Origin: Massalongia carnosa
Lineage: Eukaryota
Direction: 5' to 3'
DNA: 64,000 nt
NCBI GenBank assembly: GCA_965645245.1
Contig: OZ287070.1
Coordinates: forward strand, 1,798,001-1,862,000
Both the position numbers and the translations under genes were made by a program. Shown piece by piece: positions 39,256-52,241 of this stretch. The notes below the pieces were generated by a model. It did not search any database, was not told the DNA's origin, and worked only from the letters and a program-made list of their open reading frames with translations. Numbering within the stretch: position 1 is the first letter of the stretch; each line of letters begins with the position of its first letter.

Positions 39256-40269
39256 TTACTGGCCTGAGCCTCCAGAAATGGTGATTATTTGACCTAAAAG
39301 GTAACTTAGCAAACACAGCATATCTTGGCAACGGAAGGAAAGGAACAAGATGTTCTTACCGTTAACCCATCCTCCATCCTCGCTCACCAGGAATGCCACT
39401 ACGCGAGCCACATCAACAGGCAATGCGCACCGCTTCAGTGGACAGTGATTTGCCATGGCGCTCTCAATTGCGTCGGCGGACCACGATCCATTCGCCCCCG
39501 GAATATACCTCCAGGCCACTTGCGTGAACATATCCGACTTCACCCCGCCGGGCGCGATGGCATTGCAGGTCATGCTTTTCTTGCCGAAATCGGTGGCGAA
39601 AGATTTGGTGATGCCGTTGACCGCCGACTTGCTGCCCGAATACAACGCGTGATCGGCCACCCCCAGCAGCCCCGCGGCGATGGAGGACATCAAGACCAGA
39701 CGACCGCCAGGCTCGCAGTATTTGTACGCGTGCTGGCCGACGAAGAACTGGGCGCGAATGTTGAGGCCGAAGACGAAGTCGAAGCGCTCCTCGGTGATGT
39801 CCTCGGTTTTGTCGAAACTCTCCGTTCCCGAGTTGGACACCACGATGTTGATCTTGCCGAAATGGGCCTTGGCTTCCTCGAATAGTCTCGTGATCTCGAC
39901 TACCTTGGACACGTCGGCTTGGAGCGCGACAGCTTTGCTGCCAGACTTTTCGATTTGCTGTACGACATCATCCGCCGCGGACTTGCCCTTGACGTAGTTT
40001 ACGACGACCCAGGCTCCGCGTGCTCCGAGCTCAAGGGCGATACCTGCACCAATGCCTCGACTCGCTCCTGTGACCAGAGCCACTTTTCCCCTCAGGTTGG
40101 AAGGGACTGAGGCTGTGTTTTCGTTTGAGACATGCTCTTCGTTTGTGACTTGAGTCCCGTTTGTTACTTGGTCCCCGCTTGATGTGGGGTCTACGCTTGC
40201 GGCTTGTTCCCCATGTGTGGCTTGTTCCCCCTGTGTGGCTTGTTCCCCGTTTGTGACTTTGTTGTCCAT
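39256..40269 (-). CDS. Hydroxynaphthalene reductase (SDR), T4HN-reductase/Arp2-like
   Basis: TGASRGIG, NSG, HALYSGSK (YxxxK), FATDFG and IAPGGVKSDMF. C-terminal WVNG|QIITISGG spans a small intron at about 39296-39359. Confidence 0.9.
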   Translation of the reverse strand: MDNKVTNGEQATQGEQATHGEQAASVDPTSSGDQVTNGTQVTNEEHVSNENTASVPSNLRGKVALVTGASRGIGAGIALELGARGAWVVVNYVKGKSAADDVVQQIEKSGSKAVALQADVSKVVEITRLFEEAKAHFGKINIVVSNSGTESFDKTEDITEERFDFVFGLNIRAQFFVGQHAYKYCEPGGRLVLMSSIAAGLLGVADHALYSGSKSAVNGITKSFATDFGKKSMTCNAIAPGGVKSDMFTQVAWRYIPGANGSWSADAIESAMANHCPLKRCALPVDVARVVAFLVSEDGGWVNGKNILFLSFRCQDMLCLLSYLLGQIITISGGSGQ

Positions 40270-41111
40270 TATGGAATTATGACAATGAATTGATTAGAGT
40301 ACTCAAGAAATATTTCAAGAAGGCTCAGCAAGACACAGATTCAAGCTTACAGCGGAGATTTGGGACTTTGATGCGATAGCTGATGTATTTATACTTGGCT
40401 CTGATTCTCGTAAGTCCGACATCCATCTCAAAGACTTCATCTTTGTGTTGTTCAATCGTCTCGGTCTTCGCGCAAAAGGATGCTCTCAAGAGTTGTGCGA
40501 TACTCCACGTCATGCACCCCTCGGGACACTGAAACGTCGGCCCTTTGCTGGCGCTTGACCAATTGGGTGATGCGTGCTCCGGTCAATCCACGAACTTTTC
40601 ATCATGAAACCCAGTCAATCGCTCAAATACTCGTTCAACGCAGCTGCCGCGAGCCGATCAATCCGACCGTTAACGAATTACCCAGTAAGGTTGGTTGAGG
40701 AACATACCGTAACAGTCCTTGTGCTTTTTCACTAACTCCGCTTTCTTGGTGTTGCAGTAAATTGCACAAAACTATTTCGTGCGATTTGACGCACAACTCG
40801 ATGACCGACCTAACACCCCACCATTTTTCACCAAAGCTGTGGAATGTGTCGATGGGAATTGGATCCGTGGAGCATGTTAGGTTGAAATATGAATCTATCT
40901 CCATGTTCAATGCATTGCAGCTACGGCTATTCGGCCAGGCGAAGCATAAAGGAAGAGTTCGCACATTAAGTTGAAAGTTATATATCACACAATGGTTCAA
41001 CTATCTCAGAATCTGTCACTTCGAAAGCTGTGGAAGCATTTCGTTGACATCAGCTTCTCGCGATTACAATTCCAAGAATCATTGAACCGTTACTGGACAT
41101 CAGCTCAAGTC

Positions 41112-41788
41112 ATGACCGTCGTTCCTGTAAAGCCGGCGGCAGCGAAGCCGACCGCAAGAATATCATTCGATGGTGAGTCCACAGCGCTCTTCGCGCTCCA
41201 TTTTCCTTAACTATGACGTTACTAATGCTCATCGATTTATTCACTAATGTTGATAGAGTGGCTGTCTTTGTCCGAAATCACCTTTGAATGGGGCGATAGC
41301 TACGACGATAAGGACTGGGATAGACTCCGAAAGATACTTGCTCCCACGTTGATGGTTAGTCATACCAAGCCTTATAAGGGAGCTGCGGTTGCCAAGTAGT
41401 CATAACTAACGCCGTTGTCGCGCATTAGATTGACTATTCCGAGGTAAATGGGCACAAGTGGGACGACTTGCCATCCGAAGAGTTTGTTGGCATCATGAGC
41501 CATCCAGGTTTCTTGGGCGATCCCCTCATCCACACGCAGCACCATATTGGAGCGTCTAAATGGCAGAAAACATCCGACGGGGAAGTCATCGGATATCATC
41601 AGTTACGCGCGGCTCATCAGCGTTACACAGGACCGGACAAGAGAACTATTGAGAACAAGGGGCACGGGCATGCCATGATCAAGCATCTCTACCGAAAAGT
41701 CGACGGCGAGTGGAAACTGGCCGGGTTGAGACCCACCGTCCGCTGGAACGAGTTCGAGTTCGAGAAGATCTTCAAAGGCGGTTTCTAG
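41112..41788 (+). CDS. SCD1: Scytalone dehydratase (Arp1/Scd1-like), three exons
   Basis: FEWGDSYDDKDWDRLRKILAPTLM|IDYS, LGDPLIHTQHHIG, GYHQLRAAHQRY and YRKVDGEWKLAGLRP. GT..AG introns at about 41173-41257 and 41355-41428. Confidence 0.93.
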
Positions 41789-43180
41789 GGGAGTCGGGTA
41801 AGGTCAATGAGTTAGATTCAGGGGTTTGAGAGTAGTCTATTGTCGATGATGCAGTGATTGGGTGATAATAATAGAAGAAAGGGTTCCACTACTAGAACAA
41901 TCTATCATGCTCTACGCCAACCTGAACTTGTGGTTTTGTTGCGTGGCAAGGAAGCATTCCATTCGCAACGTCAGGAGCGTCCTACGATGATGTCGTCATG
42001 ATCCTCTTTGCTCCTTTTATCGCCATCGGCGTATTAACCTACGAGTACAGTTGTCTGTATCTGCTGTCCCACAGACTGGATTGCGAAAAATGGCTTTGGC
42101 AAGTAAGGAGTCTGGGCTCATTCTGGATCCTGCTGTTATCTGTACTCTGTAGGTCAAAGAGTCGTGGACTTCAGCAACACGATGTTAGCGAAAGGCTCCA
42201 TAGCAGTTTGATGCATCAATAAAGTATATTCTCGGCCGACACGACAGGCTTGTTGGATTCGATGATGTTAATGAGTGATTGATTGATTCAGCAAGGGACC
42301 ATCGCTCGGCAAAAATGCGTGTTCATTGGATCGCTTGGCCCGAATCGGCAGGTATTGCCATATTAGGGGAGTTTTTATCGTACGCCGGAGCGTACTCCTT
42401 ACAGCGTAATATACGAGACGTCGGTATCGACTTTCCAGCGTAAACAACTGTAAATAACGCGTGGTATCGTTACAATTAAACCCTATGCGGAGTGCTCTCC
42501 GCAATTCCCGTTGAAGTCTATCACCACCCCATCCTTCCACATACTGCACTTCCCTGCACTATCTGCCCATCCACCATAGCCCATCCAATCCTGTATGACA
42601 CGCCACGAAGAAAATCAACGTTATCAGTTATATCATGTCGGCTAGTGCAGTGGTTCATGCCCGTTTCGGTGTCGTGGAGCCACCGAATGCTGCATATATC
42701 AATGATCTGCCCATCTTACACCCTCTTGTGCTACCGCCATCCACTTCCTGGCAACATCCTGCTGCTGCTTGACGTGCTCATACAACAAATGGCCCAGGTG
42801 TGACGTTACTGAGCCAGCCCTCTCAAAGTAACATGCACCACATGGAACGTCCAATAGGGTCGCCATCGCTTCGATGCATTTGACCTGTATTGACTCGTAG
42901 TCTCGTCCACTCGCCCATAAGTTGGATGACAATATGTTACGAATCCTATGTCTGGCGGTCTCTGTGGGCGAGTCGATCGTGTCGGACTCGGACATCATAC
43001 CCCGTGACCCAAGTGATGTAGACGACATGCATCCATTACCTTCTGATTATATCATCTCCGTGCGGTTCCACATCGAAAAGAAATTTCCCGCGCGCATATG
43101 CCACTCCGCATTGATATCTCAGATTCTTCCAGAATAGTAAGATCTACCTGCCCCCATTTTTGCTTTTCCCCTCCGCCAGC

Positions 43181-43975
43181 ATGCAGGACCGCGACCGTTG
43201 TCTCAAGATGGGTTAAGTCGGAAAATCAATTCCCCTCAGGTGGTGATCATTGACGCCGACAGATCTAGCAGCCTACGTTTACTGGTGGCCATGCGAGCAT
43301 TTGAGCTAATGCCAGATCTTCAGGATGGTGTATGCCATTGATCTGATCCGACGATCTGACAGGCGCAGCCTGGAACTATCGAAAGAGATAACCAGGTCGG
43401 TGGGATATGGAACGACAATGTCGCCAGAGCATCCGAGGGGCTGTTGCAACGGTTGGCCTGAAGTCTCAACCGATTGCATTTCCACACCTTTCGGTAAACA
43501 ACAGAAAAGGTGCTTTGTTTTCCATTTCCTCCGCACTCATGGATATCCAGGCAGGAAGTGTTTCGACCAATTTTTATCAGCGTCGCTTACGATTATTAGT
43601 TATTGAGGCATATTCGCTTCGACTCAGCCGAAAATGAAGCTCGTTAGGCCGACTACATGTCACTCGAATCAGAAAGAAAGAGGTTGAAATCGGTTACGCG
43701 TACACTCTCGCTTCCGACCTCACGGTTCCGGCAATGGACTAGCTGACATTGTCTTCTGGGGGATAGTGCATTCGGCTCTTTGAGTAGTATTATGACACGA
43801 TTAAGAAGAGGATTGTAATCATCGATAACCAGCACCACAGCAGCGCAGATTATACCTGAGATTGCTCTATCGTGCAAAGCTCTCACCGTCTTCCAGTGAC
43901 GCCGGCAAAGGCCGTACCAGGGCATGACAGCATCATCACCATAGAGTGGGGGTGCAAATGATATACAAATAGTTA
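43181..43975 (+). pseudogene. Decayed flavin-binding (Baeyer-Villiger/FMO-type) monooxygenase, N-terminal part only
   Basis: Colinear relics: QVVIIDAD (from VIIGAG), AIDLIRR, IERDNQVGGIWNDN, GCC, LRHIRFDS..EAR*, IVHSAL* (HSARW), KRIVIIDN (KRVAVIGN), TAAQIIPEIA and LTVFQ* (VFQR). Many frameshifts and stops. Confidence 0.75.
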
Positions 43976-45049
43976 TGTACCGAGTACCCTCGATTCGACA
44001 CCGCTACCAAGCGAGCCTAAAATGGAACACCGCGAAAAGGTGTTCAGTGCGTCTTTCGACCCCAAATGCCCTACACATGCGCGGATCACGAGCGTATTGC
44101 AACAAATTGTGCGCTTAGCCAGTTGTTGATGCGAATGCTACTCCTTAGCAACGTCTAACCCGGGGTTATCCTTTCAGCTACTAACGGATTGTTGCCAGCG
44201 ACGACTACTGTTCAGCGATTAAGAAGAATGGCAGCAAGTTTTTGAAATAAGACCGATTCCCAGAGTATCGCCCTTTGACGTTTAAGACGAAAATCACGAT
44301 CATATCTAGAATCTTCTAATCGTAGCAACTAGCTTTCGTACAACGCAGGTCAAATTTCCCATGAAAGCATTTGACGCTTGCAATTACTCACTCCACGGAG
44401 TATGAGGAGGTGATGCATCTGCCTATCTAGGGAAAACTCTACTGAATTCCCCAAATTTGGCATACTCTAGGGTGTAAGATTCCCTAGCGGACAATAGTCT
44501 AAATGTTTCAAACTGAAGCCCAAAGCCTCTACATTTATGATCATCTCGGCCGTGCTGACTCCATGCACTAAAGCAAGACCTTGTGGCCCGCGCCCCGCCA
44601 GGAGACCTACAACCGCAATGTTTGCAGATCCGAAATGCACGTCATGGTTTCAATGACGAAAAGGGCCGTGTCACGGCTAATTAAAGCGGTTCTACCTTTG
44701 CATACCAGGAACGCATCAGCTATGTCCCTGAAGCGATTTTGAAATCTTTGGGACCGCCGTGCAGGATATGGCAAATCGCGAGCGCACGTGGTGGAAGGCG
44801 GTGGAAGAAACGCGAGTAACCGGCTTCATGGCTACAGCAGTGTGGTTGAGGTTTTTGCTATGTACTGCTGGGTTGGGCGGCGTGTCGGAGTTGGTACCTG
44901 ATTCGAGGTTTCTTTTCTCTGGCAAGAGCGGGATCGTCTCAATGATGATTAATAAATGAAATCGTTTTTTCGAGAATGTTTAACACCTGAAGAGCACGAC
45001 TTGCCAAGGGCAGATTCTCTATCAACAAACATTCGTTGCCACTTGAAGA

Positions 45050-48000
45050 GATAGTTGTTTTATCGCAGAGGCGATTCTCTCAACCCCCTCCCCCCCCCTC
45101 CCCCTCCCAGAATTTATTTCTTCCACACATCAATAGTTGCAAATTCCATATACACGTTCACCCCTCCAAGCCAAGTCATATCATATCCCGTCGCCCCGGC
45201 TAGTCACGATCTCTACGGGAGTTTCGCTCCACCCTCTTTCTCTGTTGTTTCGTTCCCTTTCCCTGCCCCCCTTTCTTTTCCTCCGTATTATATGTTCATA
45301 GAACACTGAGTTACCCGCCCTTCTTTTTTTCTTTTTTTTTCTTCTTAAACTCCTATCTTCTCTACTTCCCTATCCTCCTGCTCGAGTTCTAGCTCCGACT
45401 CCGACTCTCTTCTATATCTCTGTGTCCCTTCTTTCCTATCCCCATTTCTCACGTTTTCGACCTGACCCCCTAAAAATGTCGTATCCTATTCGCTTCCCCC
45501 CCAAAACCGAGATAAACTCAACCGGAGGGCTAAATTTTCTTTAAGATTTGATATGTATTTCCTGATTGGTTGGCTGTTGGTGCGGGGCGGGCGGGCAGGC
45601 TGGTTGAGGAAAGATCTTACCATGGCATTTTAAAAAGGGGAAATGGGAAGGGGGATAAGTCAGTTGCAGGTCACAGATTGCGGATTTACAAGTTTACATA
45701 TTTACAGGGGTATGGATGGATGAATGGAAGCGAAAAGGAAAGGGAAGGGAAGGGAAGAAAAAAGCGCAAGTGCAAAGCCTCGGAAGCTATCGACCGGCGG
45801 TTAGGGGAGACCAGGTAGTTAAGTAAGTATATAAAGGGATGATGAATGAGAGTTGTGATTGGATTTGCAGCGGGGGTTTCAGGAACCGATTCACTGGTCA
45901 TTGGGGCTGGGTTACATAACTACATAGGTATGGGTAGAGATAGCAGTGAGCGAGCGATGATACATAAATAGCCGGGCAATGGATGAATGGAAAGGGGAGA
46001 TGGATCATCAACCAATCAATCAGTCAATCAGTTCTTGAAACCAATCCAGCCCAATGAGTCGGAGTTCAACTGTGCGGTAATGCGTTTTCTTGCTTTCTAT
46101 CTATCCATCATTCTTATGTCTGTTTCTATTTGTCCATCATTCCATTCGTTGCCTTTCCTCCCCCAAATTGCGTGCTTCGTGCATACATACTGCGTGAGCT
46201 TGGCTGGCTGGCTGGCTGGGTAGGGAGGGGAGGTGGGGGCTGGGTCGGAGGATTTAGGGCAGTAGAAGCCGGGGTTGGGGAATACGCTACATTGGAGGTA
46301 GGATGATGATGATGATGGGGACTGTTTTACCGGTCTGTTGAGGGGTTTTTTTTTTGGAGAAAGGGGCTTGAAAATTGGGAGGGGGGGAGGTTTGGAAAAG
46401 ATGATAGGGTTTAAGGGGAGGGGGGAGTAAATGGATGGATGAACCGATTGAGTGATACGGCTATCTATCTACCTGCCTTCCCTCGATTGAAAAAGGTTCA
46501 GAAAGGTGGGCTGCAGGGCCCAGAGAGATAGATCGTTAGAGACGATGATGAGGAGTTTGGCTCGGGGCTTGGCTCGGGTTAATTTGACGGGAGCAGGGCA
46601 AACCCAGAGGAAGTCAAATACGGAGAGGCGTTTTTTTTTTAAAATCTTCTAGAAATTTCGCTTGAGGTTTGGGGGCGTGGGGAATGGGGGAAGTCTTCGT
46701 GGAGTTGGCTAGATTTCAAGGTGGATGGAGGGTTTTACCGGTTGGGTTTCGATGAATGGGGTAAGGGGAGTTAATTGCGTACTTTTGGCTGCTGGGTTGG
46801 GCTGAGGCTGGGGCTAGGGCTGCTAGCAGCGGCGGCTTTTTTTGGTGGAATGTGGAGGTGTGGTGGTTTGAGGGGGGGTTAGGGTTGGAATGGGGGTAGC
46901 TATGTAACTCACTACTGCACCCCAAGGTTCGCTTCCTCCCTCCACTTCCTCTAAAAGCCAGCCAACCCCATCCCCTAAACCCCTGGTTCCGATCCATCCC
47001 GCAAGGAGAACGAGACATGCCACGCTAAGGGAGAGCAATATAAAAGAAGGAAGTGAAATGAGGAAGTACGAGGAAAAAAGCCACAAATGAGGGACTTTTG
47101 CTTTGCCACAGGTATAGCCTGTGTGTGTGCAACTGGTTAGCGGGACAGGGAACTATGTTTTCTAGATTTGATGATTGGGGGAGGTATTACTCTACTCTTC
47201 CCACAGAGTAAAAGCACATATGCCACTGCAATGGAAAGCGCCACCGAAACTGGGCAAAGATGGCTAAAGACGTCAGTTTGGGACCCTGCATACGACAACG
47301 ATACCTACCGACTTTGAGTTTCGGTCCGTCATCTAGGGGAAAGAGACTTTGTACATGCTCTGTAGTTCCTCCGTCCATGTCCAGGGTTCCAGGGTTCCAG
47401 ATAATGATAATCCCCGCCACGAAGCCAGCCATCGTCTTCTCTCCAGAACGATGGGTGGAAACGTCATTTGGGAAAAATAATTAAAAAAACGCCCACACGG
47501 GCCCCGCCTTCCCACCACCCCGCCTTCCAACTTTCCAACTTCCACCTCGGAACCAACCAACCAACCATGGGGGTGGAGGGGAAGAAAAACCCCTAAAACG
47601 CCACCTAGCCAACCAACTCCTTCCACACAACAACGCCCGAACCTAACTTTTAAACCAACGCACGAGCGGGAAGAATCGGTGGGAACTTGGTTGTTCCGGC
47701 GGAGAAGACAAATTTACCATTAGGCCAGCGCTGACAGGAATCGAACCTATTGTGATAATACATGAATTAAGGCAAGTGGCAGTGGCTGACCGGGCTTTTG
47801 ACTGGAAAAGAAGCTAGGACGATAGTAATGACGGAATAAGAACAGAATACCTGGAAACTCGAGATTGGTGGGATTGAGGAAACTAGAGCGTGTCTATCTT
47901 ACCTTTGGCTGAAATGTGTGAGGGTAGGAGGTTGGTGTTGGATTTGCGCTTTTCCTAATTGTGACACTCGCCGGCGCCGGTAAGGAAGCTGGCGGCGACA

Positions 48001-49800
48001 TCTCTTGGGGGGGTTTTTTTCTTCTTCTTCTTCTTCTTCGTCGAGTTCTCTTTCTTCTTGCTTTCTTAGGCGTCAAGGAGGTTGATTTTACATACAATGT
48101 CCCCCTCGTACTCTCTATTCAATTTTCCAATTCTCGCCCAAGTATATATGCCACAAGGCCACCTAACTAGGTTATCCGGGGTCACGACATACATAATATT
48201 GCACGAGTTCCGATACACGGCATTGCATTGGAATCCAAAATCCCACTTTGCTGAATTATTTCATCTCTCCTTTTCCACATCGCCGCGGGCACAGAACCAG
48301 AAACGGTTCATTTATAATTTTACTCAGAGCGTGACCCTATGCAGGAACGGGAAAGGAAACGCGCGCAGTATATTGCATGTATGTACATTGGATAAGACAA
48401 AACTCGATCAGGAGAGAGACCGATGATAAATAGAATAACGGCTCCTCGCAAATAGAAGAACGAGAATCACAAAGCTATGAAGATAAGAGGAACAGGCAGG
48501 CAGGCAGGCAGACCGAAATTACTTGAACGAGAGCGCATTAGTGGTAAAGGATATTTTTTCAAAGGAGATGTTTGAAACGATTTTTTCAGGAGGTGAGGAG
48601 GAAGAAAGGAAGATGGGAAGGAGAAATGAAAGAAAAGAAAGGGGAGAGAGAGAGAGAGAGAGAGAGAAAAGAATTGATTGATTGATTGATCTTGACAGAG
48701 GGCTTTGAGACTAGAAATAGGATATGTATATACATAAACAGGACGATAGACAAACAGACAGACAAATCGACTCTTTTCCTTTCCATCCTTCTCCCTTCCT
48801 CGCCTCACCTTAATATATAATTTGCTCCCGAAGATTGTCAGAGAGACAAAGAGAAGTAAGAAAACCAATCAACAAATCGAGAGAAATCCATCACGGAACC
48901 CTCGACTCGCTCGCTTCTATCTATCCATACATTCCCGTTTCTTCTTTCTTCGTTTCCGTTTTTCCCTTTTTATATGATATATGTATATGTTTTCCTTCTC
49001 TCGAAAGGTGACTCAACCACAAACCCCAAAACCCCCCCCCCCCCCACCTAAAAGAAAGATAATCGATCGATCTCTCAACAACAGAAGAAGGATAAGAAGG
49101 GGACTTGGCTAGCTGACTAGTATGCGAGTCTAAGATTCGAAGTCCAAGATCCGAACTCGGGGGGGGTTTTTTTTTTAAAAAAAAAAAGAAAAAAAGAAGA
49201 AAAAAGAAGAGAAAAAAAGAAAAAGAAAAAGAAAAGAAAAAGAGAACGAGTGAGATAATAGGAACAAGAGAGGTAGAGAAAGATAGATATTAACCAGATA
49301 CCCGTAAATAACCCAAACGAGCCCAAACCCCCAGACAACACACGGTATCTCTCTCTAAAAAGGAGCTTCACAGAAAATCATCATCATCACTATGAGGAGG
49401 AGGAGGAGGAGGAGTGCTCATCTCCGTTTCTCATCACGAATGGATAGATACATAGGTGGATAGATGGTTAGATATTCCACGCACGCACACACGTAAAGTC
49501 CATGGGTTTTAGGGGTTGCATACTGACTCGACGAAGAAGAAGAGAAAAGAAAAAAAAGGGGGGGCCTTCTGGGAGGTACTGTCGATCTGACGATTTTCTT
49601 GGAGAGACTGGCGGGGGTGGAAAAGCTGTCGAAGACACCTCGTGGGATAAAGCGTGGGAGGGATGGGAGGGAAGGGAGGGGTTATGATGGCAAGGAACGA
49701 AGCACGACATTTTGGGTTGGGTGTTTAGGGGGAATTTGATAATTAGATGTCTACCTACCTAGGGTTTTCGTATTGAGGACTTATATACACCCCTATGACC
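45050..49800. repeat. About 4.7-kb low-complexity, microsatellite-rich island inside the cluster
   Basis: (AG)n near 48645-48667, (GAT)n, (GGCT)n, (GAG)n, (CTT)n, poly-C near 49032, an A-rich purine tract at about 49156-49245 and alternating purine/pyrimidine blocks. No credible ORF. Confidence 0.75.
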
Positions 49801-49897
49801 CTATGTGATAGAGAAAACCTCTTGGAAATTTACGCCCCAGATCACTCCCAAATTCTATCAGTAGGCAATGCTCCACCGTCAACTCCATTATATATGT

Positions 49898-52241
49898 CTA
49901 AACCCCCGAATCGATCTGCGGCACCAAATCGGTGCCCTTGAAAGCCGCCCAGTCCCGGCAGTTCTGGTACGCCGTGGACGGAATCTCCAGCTTCTTAATG
50001 TCGTCGGACCGCTCCAGCACGTTCATGTAAAGGCCGCCGGAGAGATGCCAGGCGATGTGGCAGTGAAAGGGCCAGATGCCGGGGTTGTTGGCCTCCCATT
50101 GCACAACCTGTTTGACAAACGTGGTAAGTATGATTTACTGGAAAAAAGTATGGGAAAAGGCGGAAAGGGCACAAGGAATTCATACCAAGTAACCGAAAGC
50201 TGGCAAGAGTTGAACGTCGCGACGTTGAGGATTGTCGGGGTTGACAATAGTTCCATCCCATTTTCCTGTTCCGACGGCAAGTATGTACCTAGAAGGTGTT
50301 AGCATCGGATGTTGGAAATGAGTTGATCAACAACTACATTTCATGGGCATGGAAATGCCAAGGATGGCTGGTTGGACTTTTATTGTTTATAATGACACGA
50401 ACAGAGCTATTCGATCCAACATCACGGACATTCCATTCAGGCTTATATTGGAGAGAAGAATTACCCGTCTTAGTTAGAAGGAGCAGCGGGTTGCCAAGAT
50501 CACCGCGATAAGTTGAATTATCGATCGTCCAGGTAAGATGTTTGGTCTCGTTGACAGCGAATTTGACCTCAATCTCAAACGTGGTGGCAGGATTTCCAGG
50601 GGTGATTTTGTAGGAAGGTACTGTAACAGCTAAGTCGTCGTTGGAACAAGGATCGCTTGTGTCAACGTGGGCCACCGAGTTGTTACCAGGAGCAGCGGCG
50701 GTATCAGCTTTCTCATAGTATATAGCCGCAAATGCGACGGGCTGTTTAGATGGCTCGGTGCAGTCTCCGCTCGAAAGAGTGGAGCGAATCCAGAACATGT
50801 CCGTTGGGTTGTGTGTTGCTTTGACAATAATATCGGTACGTTGACCAACCTAAGGCATAGTTAGCATTGGGAACAGGGTCGTAAAGATCGGTACAACGTC
50901 AGTACTTACCGCTAAGGTCACAACATTGGTATCATAAGGCTTAACAGGTATAAAATCATTGGCAATGACAGTAAGGACATGATTGTCAATGCTAAACTTC
51001 TGGATACCGGCGCTTCCTGTGTTGATCAGGCGAAGCCTGTGGCGTTGACCGCTTGTGAAATGGAACTTGGAAGGCCCTGCATTGTTCTTGCAAACACCGG
51101 TGACGCCAGTACAATTGAAGTTCATCTTGCCGTTGATAAGATTATTGTCCGATGCGGGCCTGAATCCAGCAGGATCCGTGCCCATGACTTCTCCGAGAAT
51201 CTGGAGATAGTCTCGGTGATAATAATCCGTCAGAGCAACTGGGCCAAGATCGGTATCGTAGTCCAGATTCCTAGGGCCATGAATGATCAAAGCACCCCAT
51301 AAACCTCCCAAATACTGGCTGGAGTAATGGGAGTGGTACCACGAAGTTCCGTAAGGGTTGGCTCGGAAGCGATAGACATAGTTACCACCAGGCGCAATAG
51401 GGCATATCGAGACGGTAGGAACACCGTCCATCCATTCCGTACCTTGCTGTCGGAGGCCATGCCAGTGCAAAGTGGTACCCTCTTCCGGGTTGGATATTTG
51501 GTTATGTACAGTTACTTCGATGGTGTCCCCCCAATTAGCTTCGATAGTTGGCTATCGATTGTTAGCTTAAAGCGTTGTTGGTAAATCTCTAGGGACAAGT
51601 TTACACCAGGAAATTGACCATTGATCAAAAGAGTGGATTTCTCGAAGCCATCAGGAGAGAGGACCCCTCTGGTTAGTATAAAATTATAGGAACGCACGAC
51701 ACCAGTGTTGGGTGCCTCGGTGTAAGGATCGGAATTTGAGCTGTCTTTGGAACCCCAGGGGTAACCGTTTACGATTGGCTGAAAGGGTTAGTGGATTTGT
51801 TATGCTGGGAGGATCCATATTAACCACGCAGGTGTGAGGATGAAGAAAGTCTTATGGAACCAAACGAGTATATGTGGTGACAGAAATGACGACAAGCACA
51901 GGTAGCTTTTTCTCGCTATATTTCAAGAGACGTATCAAATAGATTATAAGGACATCAACGCCTGCTTGAAATAACAGCACGAGGCTAAAGGATACCTACA
52001 TTATTAGTGAGAAATTTTGGCAAATTCCGCGTTTGTGAAGTTCCAAGATGGCTCAGTCCTGCACTTTCTCATTAGTATACGACATGCTTAACTCCAACGC
52101 AGAGCCTCTATATATAGCACATGGCCCCACCGAAAAGAAATCGAAAGGCATCCAAGATGCCAACATACCATTAGCCTGTGATCGTGAGAGAGCAGCCGCC
52201 AACGCAGTAGTAGCATAAAAAAATCGCGTGACATACGTCAT
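49898..52241 (-). CDS. Secreted laccase / multicopper oxidase (AA1), multi-exon
   Basis: Signal peptide MTYVTRFFYATTALAAAL, then LPKFLTNN|PIVNGYPWG and INGQFPG. Cu ligands HWHG, WYHSH, HPWHFHAH and HCHIAWHLSGGL. Ascomycete-type C-terminal DSGV. Confidence 0.93.

Noticed and set aside
41990..42800. Possible relic of a secreted enzyme (signal-peptide-like start, intron-like GTAAG..TAG, faint heme-thiolate peroxidase-like words)
   Set aside because: No diagnostic motif such as PCP is recoverable. Too degenerate to call without a search.
46870..46890. TTAGGG telomere-like word
   Set aside because: A single copy inside G-rich low-complexity sequence, not an array.
47720..47755. tRNA-like T-arm on the minus strand (ATAGG-TTCGATT-CCTGT followed by CAGCGCT)
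   Set aside because: No matching 5' acceptor strand, D-arm or anticodon arm upstream. At most a tRNA or SINE relic, or chance.
51779..52000. Unusually long laccase intron beginning GTAGGTAT as a possible stwintron
   Set aside because: A single GTAGGT..CTAAC..CAG intron already restores the frame (TNN|PIV), so nested splicing is not needed.
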